In this document: one piece after another, positions 24,501 through 37,881 of the stretch
Numbering within the stretch: position 1 is the stretch's first letter
Layout of the letters: the number at the start of each line of letters is the position of its first letter
From: Geosiphon pyriformis uo1
Taxonomy: Eukaryota > Fungi > Glomeromycota
DNA length: 64,000 nucleotides
Reading direction: 5' to 3'
Assembly (NCBI GenBank): GCA_016748015.1
Contig: JAAOMT010000590.1
Span: 739,912-803,911, forward strand
Notes under the pieces: model-generated
What the model saw: only the letters and a program-made list of their open reading frames with translations
What the model was told of the DNA's origin: nothing
The model's database searches: none
Position numbers and translations under genes: made by a program

Positions 24501-26632
24501 TAGCAATTTCGAATTTTAAACTTAATATTTTAAAACCATTTTTCTTAAGACCAATATTTGAAATTTTTATAAAAAATAAAAAATGATAATATTTTTATAT
24601 TTTGAGATATCACATTGGCAAAAAAAAAATGAATTTAAAAAATCAATAAAAATTTAATAACAAAACTTTAATCAAATATCAATTGTTTTCAAAAACATTT
24701 GTAAAATTAAAATAGGTTATTAATGTCTTGGAGTAGTAAAATAGGAATTTTTATTTTATTAATTAATAAATTTCAGAAGACAATAATAAATATTATTTCG
24801 AAAAAATCATCAATTAGACATGATATTTCATTTAATTACAAAATGAAAATAATTATTTATGAAATTAGACTTAAATGAATTTTAAGATTTTTAAATCCTT
24901 TCAATTATTTTTTTTCAGGTTTGGAAATTTTTACCAAAATCTGATAATTAAAAGCTTTTTATAAATTTGCAAAACTATTCAATTTAATTTTTTATTAATT
25001 TAAATTAAAGTTATTTCTTTACCAGAAAAATATGCGACACTTTTGAATTTTACATTCATCGAATTCTTAATATTAAATTTAAAACTCTTTGCTATCTAAT
25101 TAATTGAAAATACAATAGCATAATTCTTTATTAATAAATTTATTTATTAACACCAAAGAAAACTTTTTTACCATATAATTAATGGCAAGTTTCGTGTTTG
25201 ACAAAAATTTTTTCACACAAACTTTCATGAATTTTTTTCAAGTTATTGGATAAATGCAATGAATTTCAATAAAAGAACTATATTGAATTTAATAATAATA
25301 GCTTTTGAACCGAAAATTTACTTCTTTAACGAAATATCTTTGAAATATCTCAAATTTACCCTCATAATTAAAATCTCTCGAGACTATAATAATTATGGAT
25401 ATTTTTGATTTTCCTAATCTTTCGAATTGATATTATTTTTATTATATAATTGGCCCAGTTATTATACTTCTAGTTGTTAAACTTTAATTCATCATCCACT
25501 TCCAAATTTTAACTTGACAGTAAAATAAAATTTCCAAGTTCTTGAAATAGAAATAAGGCGAGTAAAAAGTATATTTAAGGGTAACCTCTATTATGATAGA
25601 CATTTTCTTGTATTGAGTTATGCTCCAATTAGTCGCTCAAATGTCGTCAAGAAAATTTCCCAAGAATTCATTATCTACCTTTTTCATTCTTCCAAATTCC
25701 TGCAGAAATGCAAAGAAAACCAATCTATCAATAATTTACTAATAGATAACTAAATATATACATATTTATGAATGATTTTTAAGACAACTTTTTTTTTTTT
25801 ACTTTTCAGTAGGCTAGTTAAAATTTGCCAATTTTTTACAGAGCTGCAAGAATTGAAGGGTAAGCAACCTCTTTAAATAAGTCCTTTTTAGAGGTCCCAT
25901 TTTTTTTTACGTCAAATTAAAACTGATACCTTTTTTCCAGAATTAATAAGTTTTTCCACTGGAATTTATTACAAGTTGAACAAGCTACTATTTTTTAATG
26001 CTGATATATTATTTCGAATTTGAATTATCAAACAAATCTTGAGTTGGGTAATTGAGAAACTTCGAACTTGAGTTTTTTGAAAATTGTAAAAATTCAATGA
26101 AAATATGCATCGATTTATTACTTTTCAAAAAAAATAAGAAATGTAACCTTACGACCATATATATATATATACGTTTCCAACAGATCTCATAAACTTTTTT
26201 AAATATTATAATTGCAAAAGATCATGTACCAACTGAGCAATTTTAAAAAATATTAAAAACGAAAATAACACCTCATTAAAATAAAGGACATCATATTGTG
26301 TTTTCTTTATGTCCGAAACTATAAGTTAAAAACATCCATGGCTTTTTCCCAAGTCAAGAGTACGAGGATTGGTTCGAGTTCAACTCAAGAGGCATTTCAT
26401 ATATTTTGTCCCTTTATTAACTGATCTTGACATTAGGACTAATGATTTCCCTATGAAGCATTGACCTCTGACTACAAGGCAAACGTTTAGAAAATAAGTT
26501 GACAAGCAAGGCATCTCCTGCCTGAAAAGGTTTATGAACGTCACATGTTCACTTTGTTGCTTAATCGTTATTGGTCGAGAATTAAACAAATCTTGCGAAA
26601 AGTTTGATGCACATAGATGAGAATTTTTAATC

Positions 26633-28317
26633 ATGGACCTTCCATACTTACGCCAACAAATCGACTCAATCGACACCAAACTCGTTTCACTTCTCAACGA
26701 ACGTGCACGAGTTTCTTTAAACATAGGGAAAACAAAGAAAACCTTAGACACAAGTTCAAGTAGTAGCAGTAGTATTCAAAGGTGAGCTTTTATTTTAAAC
26801 ATTCTTGGAACATATTTGTAAAAGGGGGTTATTCCTTTATTTTTATAACTGAGAAACAAATTAACTTTCAATCTATTGGAATCAATTTACCCTCGTTAGA
26901 GAAACAACGAAAGAACAGGAAAATCATGTTTATGCCCCTGGAAGGGAGAAACAAATTTTCGAAAAGGTTGGATTGACGGTTTAATTTTCTGACTGTTACT
27001 AATTCTTTTCTACCAAATGCTTAAATTCAATTTGTTACTTTTATCGGAAAAAGCTTCAACTTCTCAACTTTGGCCCTCTTACGTCTGACTCTTTATGCGC
27101 TATATACCGTGAAATAATGTCTGCTTCAATATCGTTGCAGAAAGAAATCTCCATTGCATATTTTGGACCGGAGGGCTCTCATACACACCAGGTATTTTGA
27201 AATAGAAATTTCATTTTAAAAAATCAAATGCTATCAGTATTAATATGACACTAATACCAAATTAATTTATTAGATGGCGAGTGAAAAATTTGGCGATAGT
27301 TTACATTATGTTTCCGAGCTTACTATACCTGGTAATTAACATGATTAAAATTTATCGTTTAAAATTGATAACTAATTTTTTGCTTTACATGCTGCTTGGA
27401 AGATGTGTTTGACGCCGTTGAATGTGGTCGAACAACCTACGGTATTATCCCATTCGAAAATTCAACATTTGGGTCAGTAGTAACAACGCTGGATCGTTTT
27501 GTGTCTTCCAAAGTTCAGATAAGAGCTGAAACATATTTGCGAGTATGTGATTATTCATTGCATGTCCTGAAGCAAAACGGGCACTAAACCTTATCTCTCA
27601 AATTCCAAGATAAACCATTCCCTTTTATCGAACTCCGAACTATCAAACATAAAACGCGTATACAGTCATCCTCAGGTAATTGATCTTTAATTAAATTCCT
27701 TTCTTTGTTGCAAGGAAACTTTTAATAAATTAGAACAGGCTTTTGGCCAATGTCAAAAATGGCTTGATGCCAACTTAAAAGACGTAGATTACGTCGATGC
27801 TAGTTCCACCAGCAAAGCAGCACAATTAGCAGCCGCAGAACCCCATGCGGCATCAATATCTAGCATAAAATGTGCCCAATTATATGGGTTAAATGTTTTA
27901 TACCGAGATATTGAAGACGCAAAAGGTAAGTTATCACGACATATAGTTCAATTTCTGTTCAGATAACCAACATTTCTACTAATTTCCTCATTAGATAATG
28001 TGACGCGTTTCTTCATATTGGCCACATCCTCGGATGCACCAACATCCGATGATAAAACTTTCATCTTATTCACAGTTGATCATCGACAACCAGGTGCCTT
28101 GTGTGATGCGCTCAAGGTTTTCAAAGATCATAATATTAATCTCACACAAATTGATTCACGTCCGTCGCGACAACGGCCCTGGCATTACGTCTTTTTCGTT
28201 GAGCTACAAGGTCATAAAGATTGTGAAGATGTCAAGTCAGCTTTGACAGAACTGAATCAATTTTGTTTGGATGTGAAAGTCCTCGGAAGTTACCCCAATC
28301 AAAGACCAGAAAGTTAG
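26633..28317 (+). CDS. pheA: Bifunctional chorismate mutase (AroQ/CM_2)-prephenate dehydratase with ACT domain (P-protein type)
   Basis: MDLPYLRQQIDSIDTKLVSLLNERARVS (AroQ); AIYREIMSAS; IAYFGPEGSHTHQ; PFENSTFGSV; VYSHPQAFGQC; DNVTRFF; ACT domain HRQPGALCDAL...IDSRPS...LGSYP. GT-AG introns. Confidence 0.92.
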
Positions 28318-28726
28318 CTTATTAAATTCAGCCCCTTGTTAGTTATATAATTCATTGCTCGAGACTTTTCTTCAAATTACCCAAGTTCCTCAATCATTAT
28401 GGACGTGGAGAACCTTTATTTATGATTCCTGATTAAAAAATATATATCCCAATATAATTTCTACTTCAAAAGATCATCTCGTGAGACCTTTTTTTCCATA
28501 AATTCAAATCAAAAACGCGTCCCAAGAATGTGGTCTCTCTTTAGTTTTTCAGTTAAAAGTAGAGATCGAAGACCCAAATTGGGAAAGAATCTTTCATCTG
28601 AATAAAAATAAGTGTTGTTTTTTAGATATAGAAGTTGAACAAGAATATAATCAAAGAGAGGCGATATTAAATGATATTACTTGCCGTAATTCTTCATATT
28701 GGAGATTATTAACAATTGTATTACTT

Positions 28727-29775
28727 CTAATTTACAGTATGATGAATCCGTTGATCTGCAGTTTGAGTTTTATGGTCACCAAGATTGGGGGTTGCTTCAT
28801 AAAGGGTAATTATAGGATCTTTTTTGATCTAATTTTCAAAAAGTATGTCGGGAGATTAAGACGGGTGGCCACAAGAATCGGAAAAAAATTTATGAAGATT
28901 ATTCACCTGAGTCCATTCTCCTTTAAGCCCGACAAAGTAAATCCTTGTAATGTCGTCTCCATAGTTCTCAGGAAAAAACAAGGTGAGATTTTGCACATTG
29001 GACATTTTTGATATTCTTCAAGAGATAAATGATTTATTAAAAATGTTTTATCAAAGATCAAAACTAATTTGATTAATAAATGATTAGGTTTATACCTGGT
29101 AGTGTATTCAACAATTTCCCTAGTCTCTAATAACTCCCAGGTTTGTGTAGGTAAGTAGGTTTCTACTGCGTCAAAATCTAAATTGTCCTGATTGATATAA
29201 CTGAAATCAATGAAATCGGTAGTATTAGTAGCAATGGATCTAAATCTAATTGTGGGGATTGTTTGAGGGAGGAATTGATACATACACATTTAACTTAGCG
29301 GGACAACTGCTACCAGGACCGGCTTTTATCCAAATAGATTTTAGTTTAACGTTTCCGGTGAAACTAAATGAAATTATATTCATTTTATTGTAAGAAAGTG
29401 TTGGTTTCAGGTAAATATTTTAAAATCTTTCAACTCAAAAACTAACGGGATAAATAAAAGCAATTGTTCATCAACGTCACTCTCCAGGAACTGAAAGTGA
29501 ACCATATTGAGTAAATAATCTTTAATAAAGGACTCGGGAAAAAATTTAACCCATACTTTAGTTGTATCCTCTCGTTCATTCCAGGGTTTTATTACGTTCT
29601 TCCCCGAGCCAATTTCACTCTCGTTTAAACACCGAACGCTATCGCGATCAATTTGGGAATATAACGACTCTTCAAAACCTCTTTCAGGTCCTTCATGATC
29701 ATGATCATGGTTATGGTCGTTGCTGCCTTCATGATCGTGACTATGAGCATCGTGTTCTTCACGGCAGTGACTCAT
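28727..29775 (-). CDS. PITHD1: PITH domain-containing protein 1
   Basis: His-rich N-terminus; SLYSQID..VRCLNE; FLESDVDEQLLLFIP; FTGNVKLKSI; ends ITLYEATPNLGDHK...VN*. Confidence 0.9.
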
Positions 29776-29946
29776 TGTGTGAAGGAGAGAAAGAGCGAAA
29801 ATAACACATGATACTTTAGCATTTAATAAATAAAACTGAAATGAGGAATCAAACATGTATATATTGTGACGAATTGATCTACCCAATTGGGCGAGTAGAA
29901 AGTAGACTCACTCCCAAATCATAGACCATAATTTCTTGACGCGAAA
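29776..29946. promoter_or_regulatory. Probable bidirectional promoter between PITHD1 and EMC2
   Basis: The divergent start codons are only 171 bp apart. Confidence 0.6.
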
Positions 29947-31324
29947 ATGTCTCAATTTAATTTTGCTAAAGCGTCAGCTACTCTTCAAGATTTACGTAAA
30001 ACAGGTGAACGAAAGTCAGCGCTTGTTGTTTCGCTCGGAGAAACAATTATTACTAAGGGTCATGCTAACAAGCTTGGTGATGAAGGTGCGAGGAAGTGTT
30101 GCTCCTAATAAACTGACAAGCATCCAAAGAAGTCCGAACTTTAATAATTATTCTTGAATAGTATGGTCCATGTACGAACAAGTATTCATTGCCGCACTTG
30201 ATCTTCGGAGTAACAGCTTAGCAAAGGTATGCTCTAAGATTTGGTCTTTTAACATTTCTATTCTACGCATTTTCATTTCGCGAGTTATTTACAAAGCCGG
30301 CATTTATCCAAAACCTGCATCCAAGACCTGTTTAGAAAAGCTAGAAACGCGCTTTCCCGGTTCTCCACGTGTAAAGATTTTACAAGGAATGGAACTGGAA
30401 GCTGAGGGGAAACTAGACATTGCGATAGAACTTTATAAAAATATTTTGGAAGAGGATGAAACCAATGTGGTAAGTAAAATTAATTTTCCTTCATTTTGAT
30501 AATTTACATTTCATAACTTCTGTCCAATGACCCCTTTTTCAGGCAGCCACCAAAAGAATGATTGCCTCCTCTAAAGCAAAGGGACAATGGCAAGAAGCTA
30601 TTGATTCGTTGTCGAAATACCTAGACACATATTATAATGATACGGAAGCATGGTTAGAATTGTCCGCCTTATATTTACAACAGCATTTGTGGGTTTTCTC
30701 TTAGTTACACTTTGCATCTTTTTGAACTTTTCTTCATCCACCTGGATTTTGATTACCCTAGTCCCAACCGATTGGATACTAGGAAAAATTTTTGCATCTA
30801 ATATTATTTATATATCTCAAAAAAACTTTTCACTTATTAGATATCAACAAGCGCGATTTTGTCTAGAAGAAGTTATTCTATTACAACCCCAGAATCATTT
30901 ATATCATTTGAAATATGCCGAAATCTTATATACGAGCGATAATATCGCTTTGGCCCTTCGAGAATTTTGTCGTGTGGTTGAATTATGCGATGATTACTTG
31001 AGGGGGTTATATGGAATTAAATTGGTAGGCAACATTCAATTGTGAACCGAGATTTGAGTTCCATTCACGGCATCTTATCATTACTTTTTCTAGTGTACAC
31101 AACGCCTATTGAACCTGGAAACGGCTTCCAATTCTTCCCAGCAAACGTCGGCAAAGCCGCCCACTTCAACCTCGGCAGTATCTCCCATATCAGGATATGA
31201 TGTAAAAACACTTTATGATTTGAATGCCCTGGCCACCGAACGAATTCTTCATGCATACAGCCGACAGCGGGAGAGCGGTGATGACTTGAAAGTTTTTATA
31301 AAAGAATGGCTTCAAGTTCTATAG
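29947..31324 (+). CDS. EMC2: ER membrane protein complex subunit 2 (TPR)
   Basis: WSMYEQVFIAALD; RFPGSPRVKILQGMELEA; YLDTYYNDTEAWLEL; ARFCLEEVILLQPQNHLYHLKYAE; LRGLYGIKL. Confidence 0.92.
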
Positions 31325-31740
31325 GCGGTATAGCAACCCCCCGTTATACATTAAAATAGTTTGGGTTGCTCCAACACTGATTAATATAACGATTATTTTA
31401 TATCTATAGAGTGTTTAGAGACACGGAAATGGAAAGTTCTATGATAAAAATATTGAATTAATGTAAAATTAAATCAAAAACAAAGACTATAACCAATAAT
31501 TCTCCGGGATCTAATAGATATTAAGAAATCTATTTCGGTCGCACTTTTGGTATATCTCTACTTTAAAGACGTAATACACAAATAGTACTTGTACTCATAC
31601 GCGCAAGAGTAAAAATACAAAGAGCGGACGACAGTACAGGCAGTGAAATTAAGCGTAAAAACATTCACACCTCATGAACAGTCAATGATACGAAAGAGCA
31701 ATTACACTCACAAAAAAAATGGAAAGCGACTTACCTCTTC

Positions 31741-34249
31741 TTAGATTCTCTTCGAAGGAGGAATATATCTTGGTTGCTCGGTGTTCTTTTGTAAATTGGA
31801 AGAACGTTCTTGAATCACGCGGCGGAAATTATTCGAAGTATTATTTGTTGGTCGAGATGAATTCCCATTACCAGATTTAATGTTGTTAAGATTATTTGTT
31901 TGATGGCGGAACGTCTGTTGCGAACCTCTAGGGGGAGGTTTAAAAGAGGTCGCATTGGAGTTTTGATGACTTGTGACACTTTCTTGAGTGTTGGGCTTAA
32001 TCTTCTTAATGTTTCCGGGTGCTGGCTGAGCGCCAGGTGCCAATCTTTTTAGTTGAGGCGATGATGCGATGACCTTTGGTGGAGCAGGAGATGGTTTTTG
32101 CCAGGAGAATGCAATTTTGGGATACTTTCTATGGGTTTGAGGTTTCAAAAGCTCCTATTAGGTAAAAATGTATTATGATTATTAATGTCCTGCTTTCAGT
32201 TTTGAACTGAACTTCCAATATTTACCTTAACCATAGAAAATATATTTGTGGTCACAATTTGACCAGTCTGAGCTTTCTTTATTTTCTGAATAAAAGTTTA
32301 GGATAAGTAATTTGAGCGAGTAAGTAGAAACCTTTTGTCAGCCAAACCATGAAAAAATGTCTCACTTCACTAGTTTCTGGATCTTTTTGCGGACGATTCT
32401 GCAAATCATTCAAGCCTTGTTTGATACGCGATATGCACGTCTGGGCCACTTTATATAGGTGACGAAGCCTATCAAAAATAGGTTTCAACTTAAGCTTTTC
32501 TGGGTATATCTGATGTCAAAGTAAAATTGGAGGCTCAACAAACCTTGTGATCACTTGGTCATCCTGAATCAAATCAGGTTCCTAGGAAGGCAAATTTATA
32601 AATAGTTATCTCTCTCGAGGCGGCTAAACGATCAAAATTACAGGAAAAAAACCTTTGGTGACAAAGTATATAATGTGCAAACAATATATTCAACTCGAGG
32701 CAGATCCAATTTTGGATCCTCAGCATTTCCGTCCGGTGGCGCTGGGAGTTCCGTCTATAAAGTTTAAAAAGCAAGATCAGAATTTATTTATAAATTATTT
32801 TTTGGTTGATGATAAAACTTACGCAAAATAGTTTTTGGACCAAAGGCACAACATCTTTCAGTTTTGTTGGGTCTGGCTTAGCAATTGCACATTCAGCTAA
32901 AAGCCGAAGTACATTTTTTTGTTGTTTCTCTTGTAATTTGGAATAAATATGAGTAGGTAGGACATTGGTGGTCAAGAATATCAGAAAAGGGGTGCTAGAT
33001 ACGCCTTTCTGAATTTTGAAATAGAAATATCAATCGGCATGACGAAAAATCACCGCAACAAATTCAAAGACTATCCTAGCTTACACGAAATATCTCGACA
33101 GCGGCTTTACCACATAAGAGCATTTTCTGAACTCTTTTCTCGTCTGATAGCTGGGAAATTTCAAATATATAATTCGACATCAGTTTGGTATTGCACCGAT
33201 GGATTGGACGCCTATACTAACATTGAATTTTCCCCCTTCGCTGGTCACAGCTTTGAGTAATTCATCGAGCAGACGCTCAATATTTTTTTTATCCTTTTCG
33301 TACATAGGGAGAGAAAAAAGCATTTTGACAAATATTTCAAATTCTGGACCTTCAGCGTCATGTAAAGCCTTGAAAAAAGAATGATTAGCAATTTAATTTT
33401 CAGAAAATAAAAAATAAAAAGAAAAATGACGAAAACCTTTTTAACTTCGTTAGCAAATAATTGTTGAAATTGGGCATCTTGTTTAAAAATTTCCTCTTTA
33501 AACCGGTTCATGTCATGAGCCAAGAAACTTATTGTTCGATTACGAACATCTGTAGATCCTTTCAGCGATTGCTGAAATATCGCAACAATTGACCCTCGTG
33601 GATCAATTCGAATAACCGTTTCTAAAGCTTTCTTTACAGCTGCGATTTCCTGGGTGGATTCTGAATTAGAAAAAAATTAAATTGAGATTAACTCTGAGTC
33701 AAGAAATTTATTTTGTCAAGTAGTTCGAGAATTTAAGTTACCATTTTGGAGCAGCTGCATTAGAGCATCAGCAATCTTTACAGAGTAAGAACTCTGCTGC
33801 CTCACAACATTCGGTATAGCTTTGATTACTTCTAAACGTACCTATACAAATCAAATATGTAGGTTTGAACGCTGCTTGAGACTGAGAACAGAAAAATAAA
33901 GTAAAATTTTCTTACGATCAAATCAGTATCTTCGCATAAATCAAACAGCGCATCAATCGCCGTTTCGTAGGATTCAGGAAAGTGTTTGAAAAAGGTAGGA
34001 ATGAAACGCGCTGACAGCCTCTTGCACGTGTTTGGGCCATGTGCCCCATCTATTAGCACTTGATAGGCATTTTTCTTCTGCTCGAGTCAAGTGTTGTTAA
34101 GAGGATTGATTTAGTTGTTAATGACGTTTTGACGATTTGGAAGAAGGCAAAAAAAGGCGAAGGATCGAAACAACCTCAGAAGCCTTGTCACCAGCTTCGT
34201 TAATCTCGTTATACGCTTCGTAAATTTGTTCTACGGTGACTAAAGACAT
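31741..34249 (-). CDS. API5: Apoptosis inhibitor 5 (API5/AAC-11) homolog
   Basis: VEQIYEAYNEI; KRLSARFIPTFFKHFP...AIDALFDLCEDTD; KIADALMQLLQ; VLRLLAE; LNILFAHYILCH; ISWxKP-like FSWQKP, then a low-complexity tail. Confidence 0.88.
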
Positions 34250-35481
34250 AATGAAAGTGATGAGGTTATTGAAGTTTTAGTTGTTGAAAGTTCAAGGCTG
34301 CGAGGTCTGAACAAAGTCCGTATGTTCACGCGGTGATTGGCTGAAGGAATAAATTCTAATTCCGATAGTTTTGATTTCTAGTAAATTAATTATTGATGCG
34401 TGACTATATTGATATATATAAAATAATATAAAAGGCAATCCACAATGTCAAACCATTTGATTTATTTAAAAGAAGCTTTTGCTTAGAATGATTAGTTGGA
34501 TGAAAATAAATACGATTATATGCCAGGTTTTTATTCGAAAAATTTTAGTTAACTTAAATACAAAAGAAAAACTCTTATTTTAAAGAATTGGGCTATTATA
34601 TTATATATTTAAATAAGTTGTAATATTATAATTATTTCTACTTTTTAAAATTGTAAAAAAGTAAAAAGATTTTTTTAAAATATAATATTAAGAATTATTA
34701 ATTTTAATTTTAATAAAGTAAAATTGGGGGAGGGGGGTTTTTTTTTAAAAATTTTAATAAGATTTAATAATTATATATAAATATTAAATCACATTATAAT
34801 ATATAGAAAACTTTAATAACAGAGTATTATTCAAAAATTTATTTTACCAAAAAGTTTTTTACATGCAACAATATTAATTATTAAAAAAATTTTATTTATT
34901 AAAATCTTTCAGTAATTTTAAATGTTGAATTCAGACCAAAGATATAATTTTGAAAATTGAAATCACAAAAAGATAAATGGTTATTTGTTCGGTGTAGATG
35001 TTTAAAGGTGTGTTATCTGTTAAACCAAATTATTTCACAAGAAAACTTACATATTATCATTAAATTATTAAATATATAAAGTGATGAAAGTCGTTTTATA
35101 GCAACCCTTTGTAGAAAATTACAAATTGAATTTTTGTTAGGTTAAAACTTAAACAAAATACTAGTTCAATTTTATGCATCTAGAGCTTTTTGAAATGCAC
35201 CCGATTTGACTTAGCGTTATCTTTTTTTGACCATTGATTGTTCTTTTTTTATTTATGGATTATCTGCCATTTCCCCTTCCACAATCGGTTATTACCATTC
35301 CAGGTAACACCTGTCATCCTCACGGAAGTTTCTAATGCGTTTTTGCCATTTAATTATTTAAAAAATGTTATAAGAACAAACGCGTTTCGGTGGGCACAAA
35401 AGGCAAGTCAAATTTTTTTAGTTCTCTCATTTTTATTTAGCTTATTTCTCTGAAAACGAGATAAAACTGCTTGGAGAAAAA

Positions 35482-36802
35482 ATGTCTTCACACCAATATA
35501 AACCGACAGAACTTGAACTTCAAGATATCAAAGTTGCCTTGACAAAATTATGGGAACTTGACACGAACAGGTTACAGCCTGGTCGTGATGTGAGTTGATA
35601 CCTTAATCCGGCTAACTGAAAGTTATCCCAAAAATATTATTAATGTAAAATCCGTTTGTTGTTATTTGATTAGTATAAAGTGAATTTACCTATTGCTGGT
35701 TATAACCATCATCATCATCATAGTGGTAGGTAAGCTGATTGATTTATAATCACGTGATCTATATCTTACAGACTTGCACAATTATTAGATCATGACTCGC
35801 AAAAGCAGCTTAAATTCTTTGAAGGGGTAAAAGCTGATATTCTTCAAAAACCCACTTTTAAATCCTTCATTGCTCTTCTTGACAATTACATTGCTCAAAC
35901 TGGAATCGCTGAGGTTGTTGATCATAATGAAATAAGTGAAAATCTTAATTTTTTGAAACTGACTTGGGCCACTGCACCAATGCAATATGTTTATCATGCA
36001 AGTTATTACATTTCGATATCTAATTTTTTTTACAAAATTTCTTTATCACATTGTATTAACTCTTGATTATATTTTGCTGAAAACAGTATCTTATAGCCAA
36101 AGGGAAAGTCAAGAATAATGAGCGTGAATTCCAGGCTAATCTCAATAAAATGTGGTTCAATATGTATAGAAGAGAAGGGCGAAAGGGTGATTCTAGTGCT
36201 TTTGAACATGTTTTCTTAGGGGAAGTGAGAGATGGCAAAGCGATGGGCATGTATCCTTTCAATCTTCTAATTATTCTTAATCAATTTGTGATTAAATTAT
36301 ATCTTTTTTAATATCATTATCAATATTATTACTTTCCGATATTTTATTGTTAAGGTTTCCACAATTGGATCAATTTTTATCTTAACGAGCGACAAGGTTA
36401 CATTCATTACCAAGGATATGTAAAACCTCGCGAAGCTATTAATGATTCTGGTGTAAGCAAAATAAAAATATATTCACAAATTCCTGCCGTTCCTCTACTC
36501 AAAATTTATTTTTGAGTCTAAAAACGAATTTCTTTTCTATTTAGCCTGATCCCACCGAACACGTACTCCCCATTCGATTCACCTATAAAGGCGCTCCAAA
36601 ATCATTTTCTATTTCGTTTGTCGGCACATCACCCGAATTCGAACTCGCCTTATATACGCTATTGTTCTACTTGGAACGTCAAGATACTGCATTTATCGTT
36701 CAAGATATTCGTTTAAACATGAAAGTGCACTCATTTTACCAGGACGGATTAAGACGATTAGGTTCAGCGTATCCGGAAATTCGTGGTCATATTGCCGAGT
36801 GA
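35482..36802 (+). CDS. ENDOU: EndoU/XendoU uridylate-specific endoribonuclease
   Basis: KLWELDTNRLQPGRD; PTFKSFIALLDNY; SSAFEHVFLGE; GFHNWINFY; KSFSISFVGTSPEFELALYT. The His-His-Lys catalytic positions appear present. Confidence 0.92.
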
Positions 36803-37881
36803 TCATCGAATTTACTTGTTTATTTTATTCATCGTAGTAGCGTAAGTAACGAATACAATTTTGGAATATCGATTAAGTAGCCTGATTTTTAATTTATTAC
36901 ACGGCCCAACTAAAAGTTATAAAACGTCCAAATTGTTAATTTTATTCAATCACAATGTATAATGCTTAAACTTTCTGAAAATAATACATTTCAACTCGAC
37001 TTGAATGATACTTAGAATCATTGAAAAATACTATTTATATAAACACTTATCCATCCCTTCCCGAAATAAATTCCCCTCTATCACCTAAGACCACATCCTC
37101 TTGGAAACCTATAGCCCTGCAAAGAAAGCGAAAAGCCACGATAATTTATGCGAATCATGTCTCTATTCACCTACAATCTGATTTCTCAGTGGACAAATAG
37201 TGACAAGAAACACAGTTAACTAATGAAATTTATGGTCACATCTTAGAAGGGATTCATACAAGAATTTAACTGATATCCCGAAATTTTGACAAAGGTGGTG
37301 TTCGAAATTATGAAAAAATCTAATGCGTACGACTGATGTCGTTTTGAGGAGTAGCAGTTGGATGAGAAAAAATGTGAAATGGTCTGTTGGTTAGATATTC
37401 ACTCTTCACATGGTAGAAATACATGGATAATCGAGGAACATAGGAATTAAGTTGTCTAAGTCAGACCAGCATTCTTTAAACATTTAAAAAACAATTGTCA
37501 AGAAGTATATAAAAATTAGAAGATTCATATCAAACACCCAGTTAGATTTTGATTTTTGAAATCAAAGAAGGAATCAGTGCTTTTTGAAAAATTGAATAAT
37601 CATAAATAGAATTGTTATAGAAGGTAATTAGCAATCGTTAAAAAGATATGTTGCGCGAAAATCAAGCCATCCTTCCAAAATTATAGATGAGCGGTCACCT
37701 TGGATTTTGTGGTCTTAAGAATGGAGCCATTACATTCTTAACCAACCATGAAAGATAAATGATTAAACAGTTTAGAGATCCCAACTTCATTAAGGGTAAG
37801 AAAAAGGTTGGGGACATTGTAGAAAACCAGATTTCTCAATTTCTGTTGGCTATCATTAAGTGTTCATGATCAAAAGGAATA

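Noticed and set aside
24600-26100. Possible decayed gene upstream of pheA (scattered AG/GT exon-like signals)
   Set aside because: No coherent reading frame or recognisable motif could be assembled.
36251-36260. U12-type donor GTATCCTTT in EndoU
   Set aside because: Using it breaks the frame of the conserved GFHNW motif at the available AG, and no clear U12 branch site is visible. The GC donor 4 nt upstream fits.
36850-37880. Possible ncRNA between EndoU and the acyltransferase
   Set aside because: No tRNA, snoRNA or other recognisable structure; consistent with convergent 3' UTRs.
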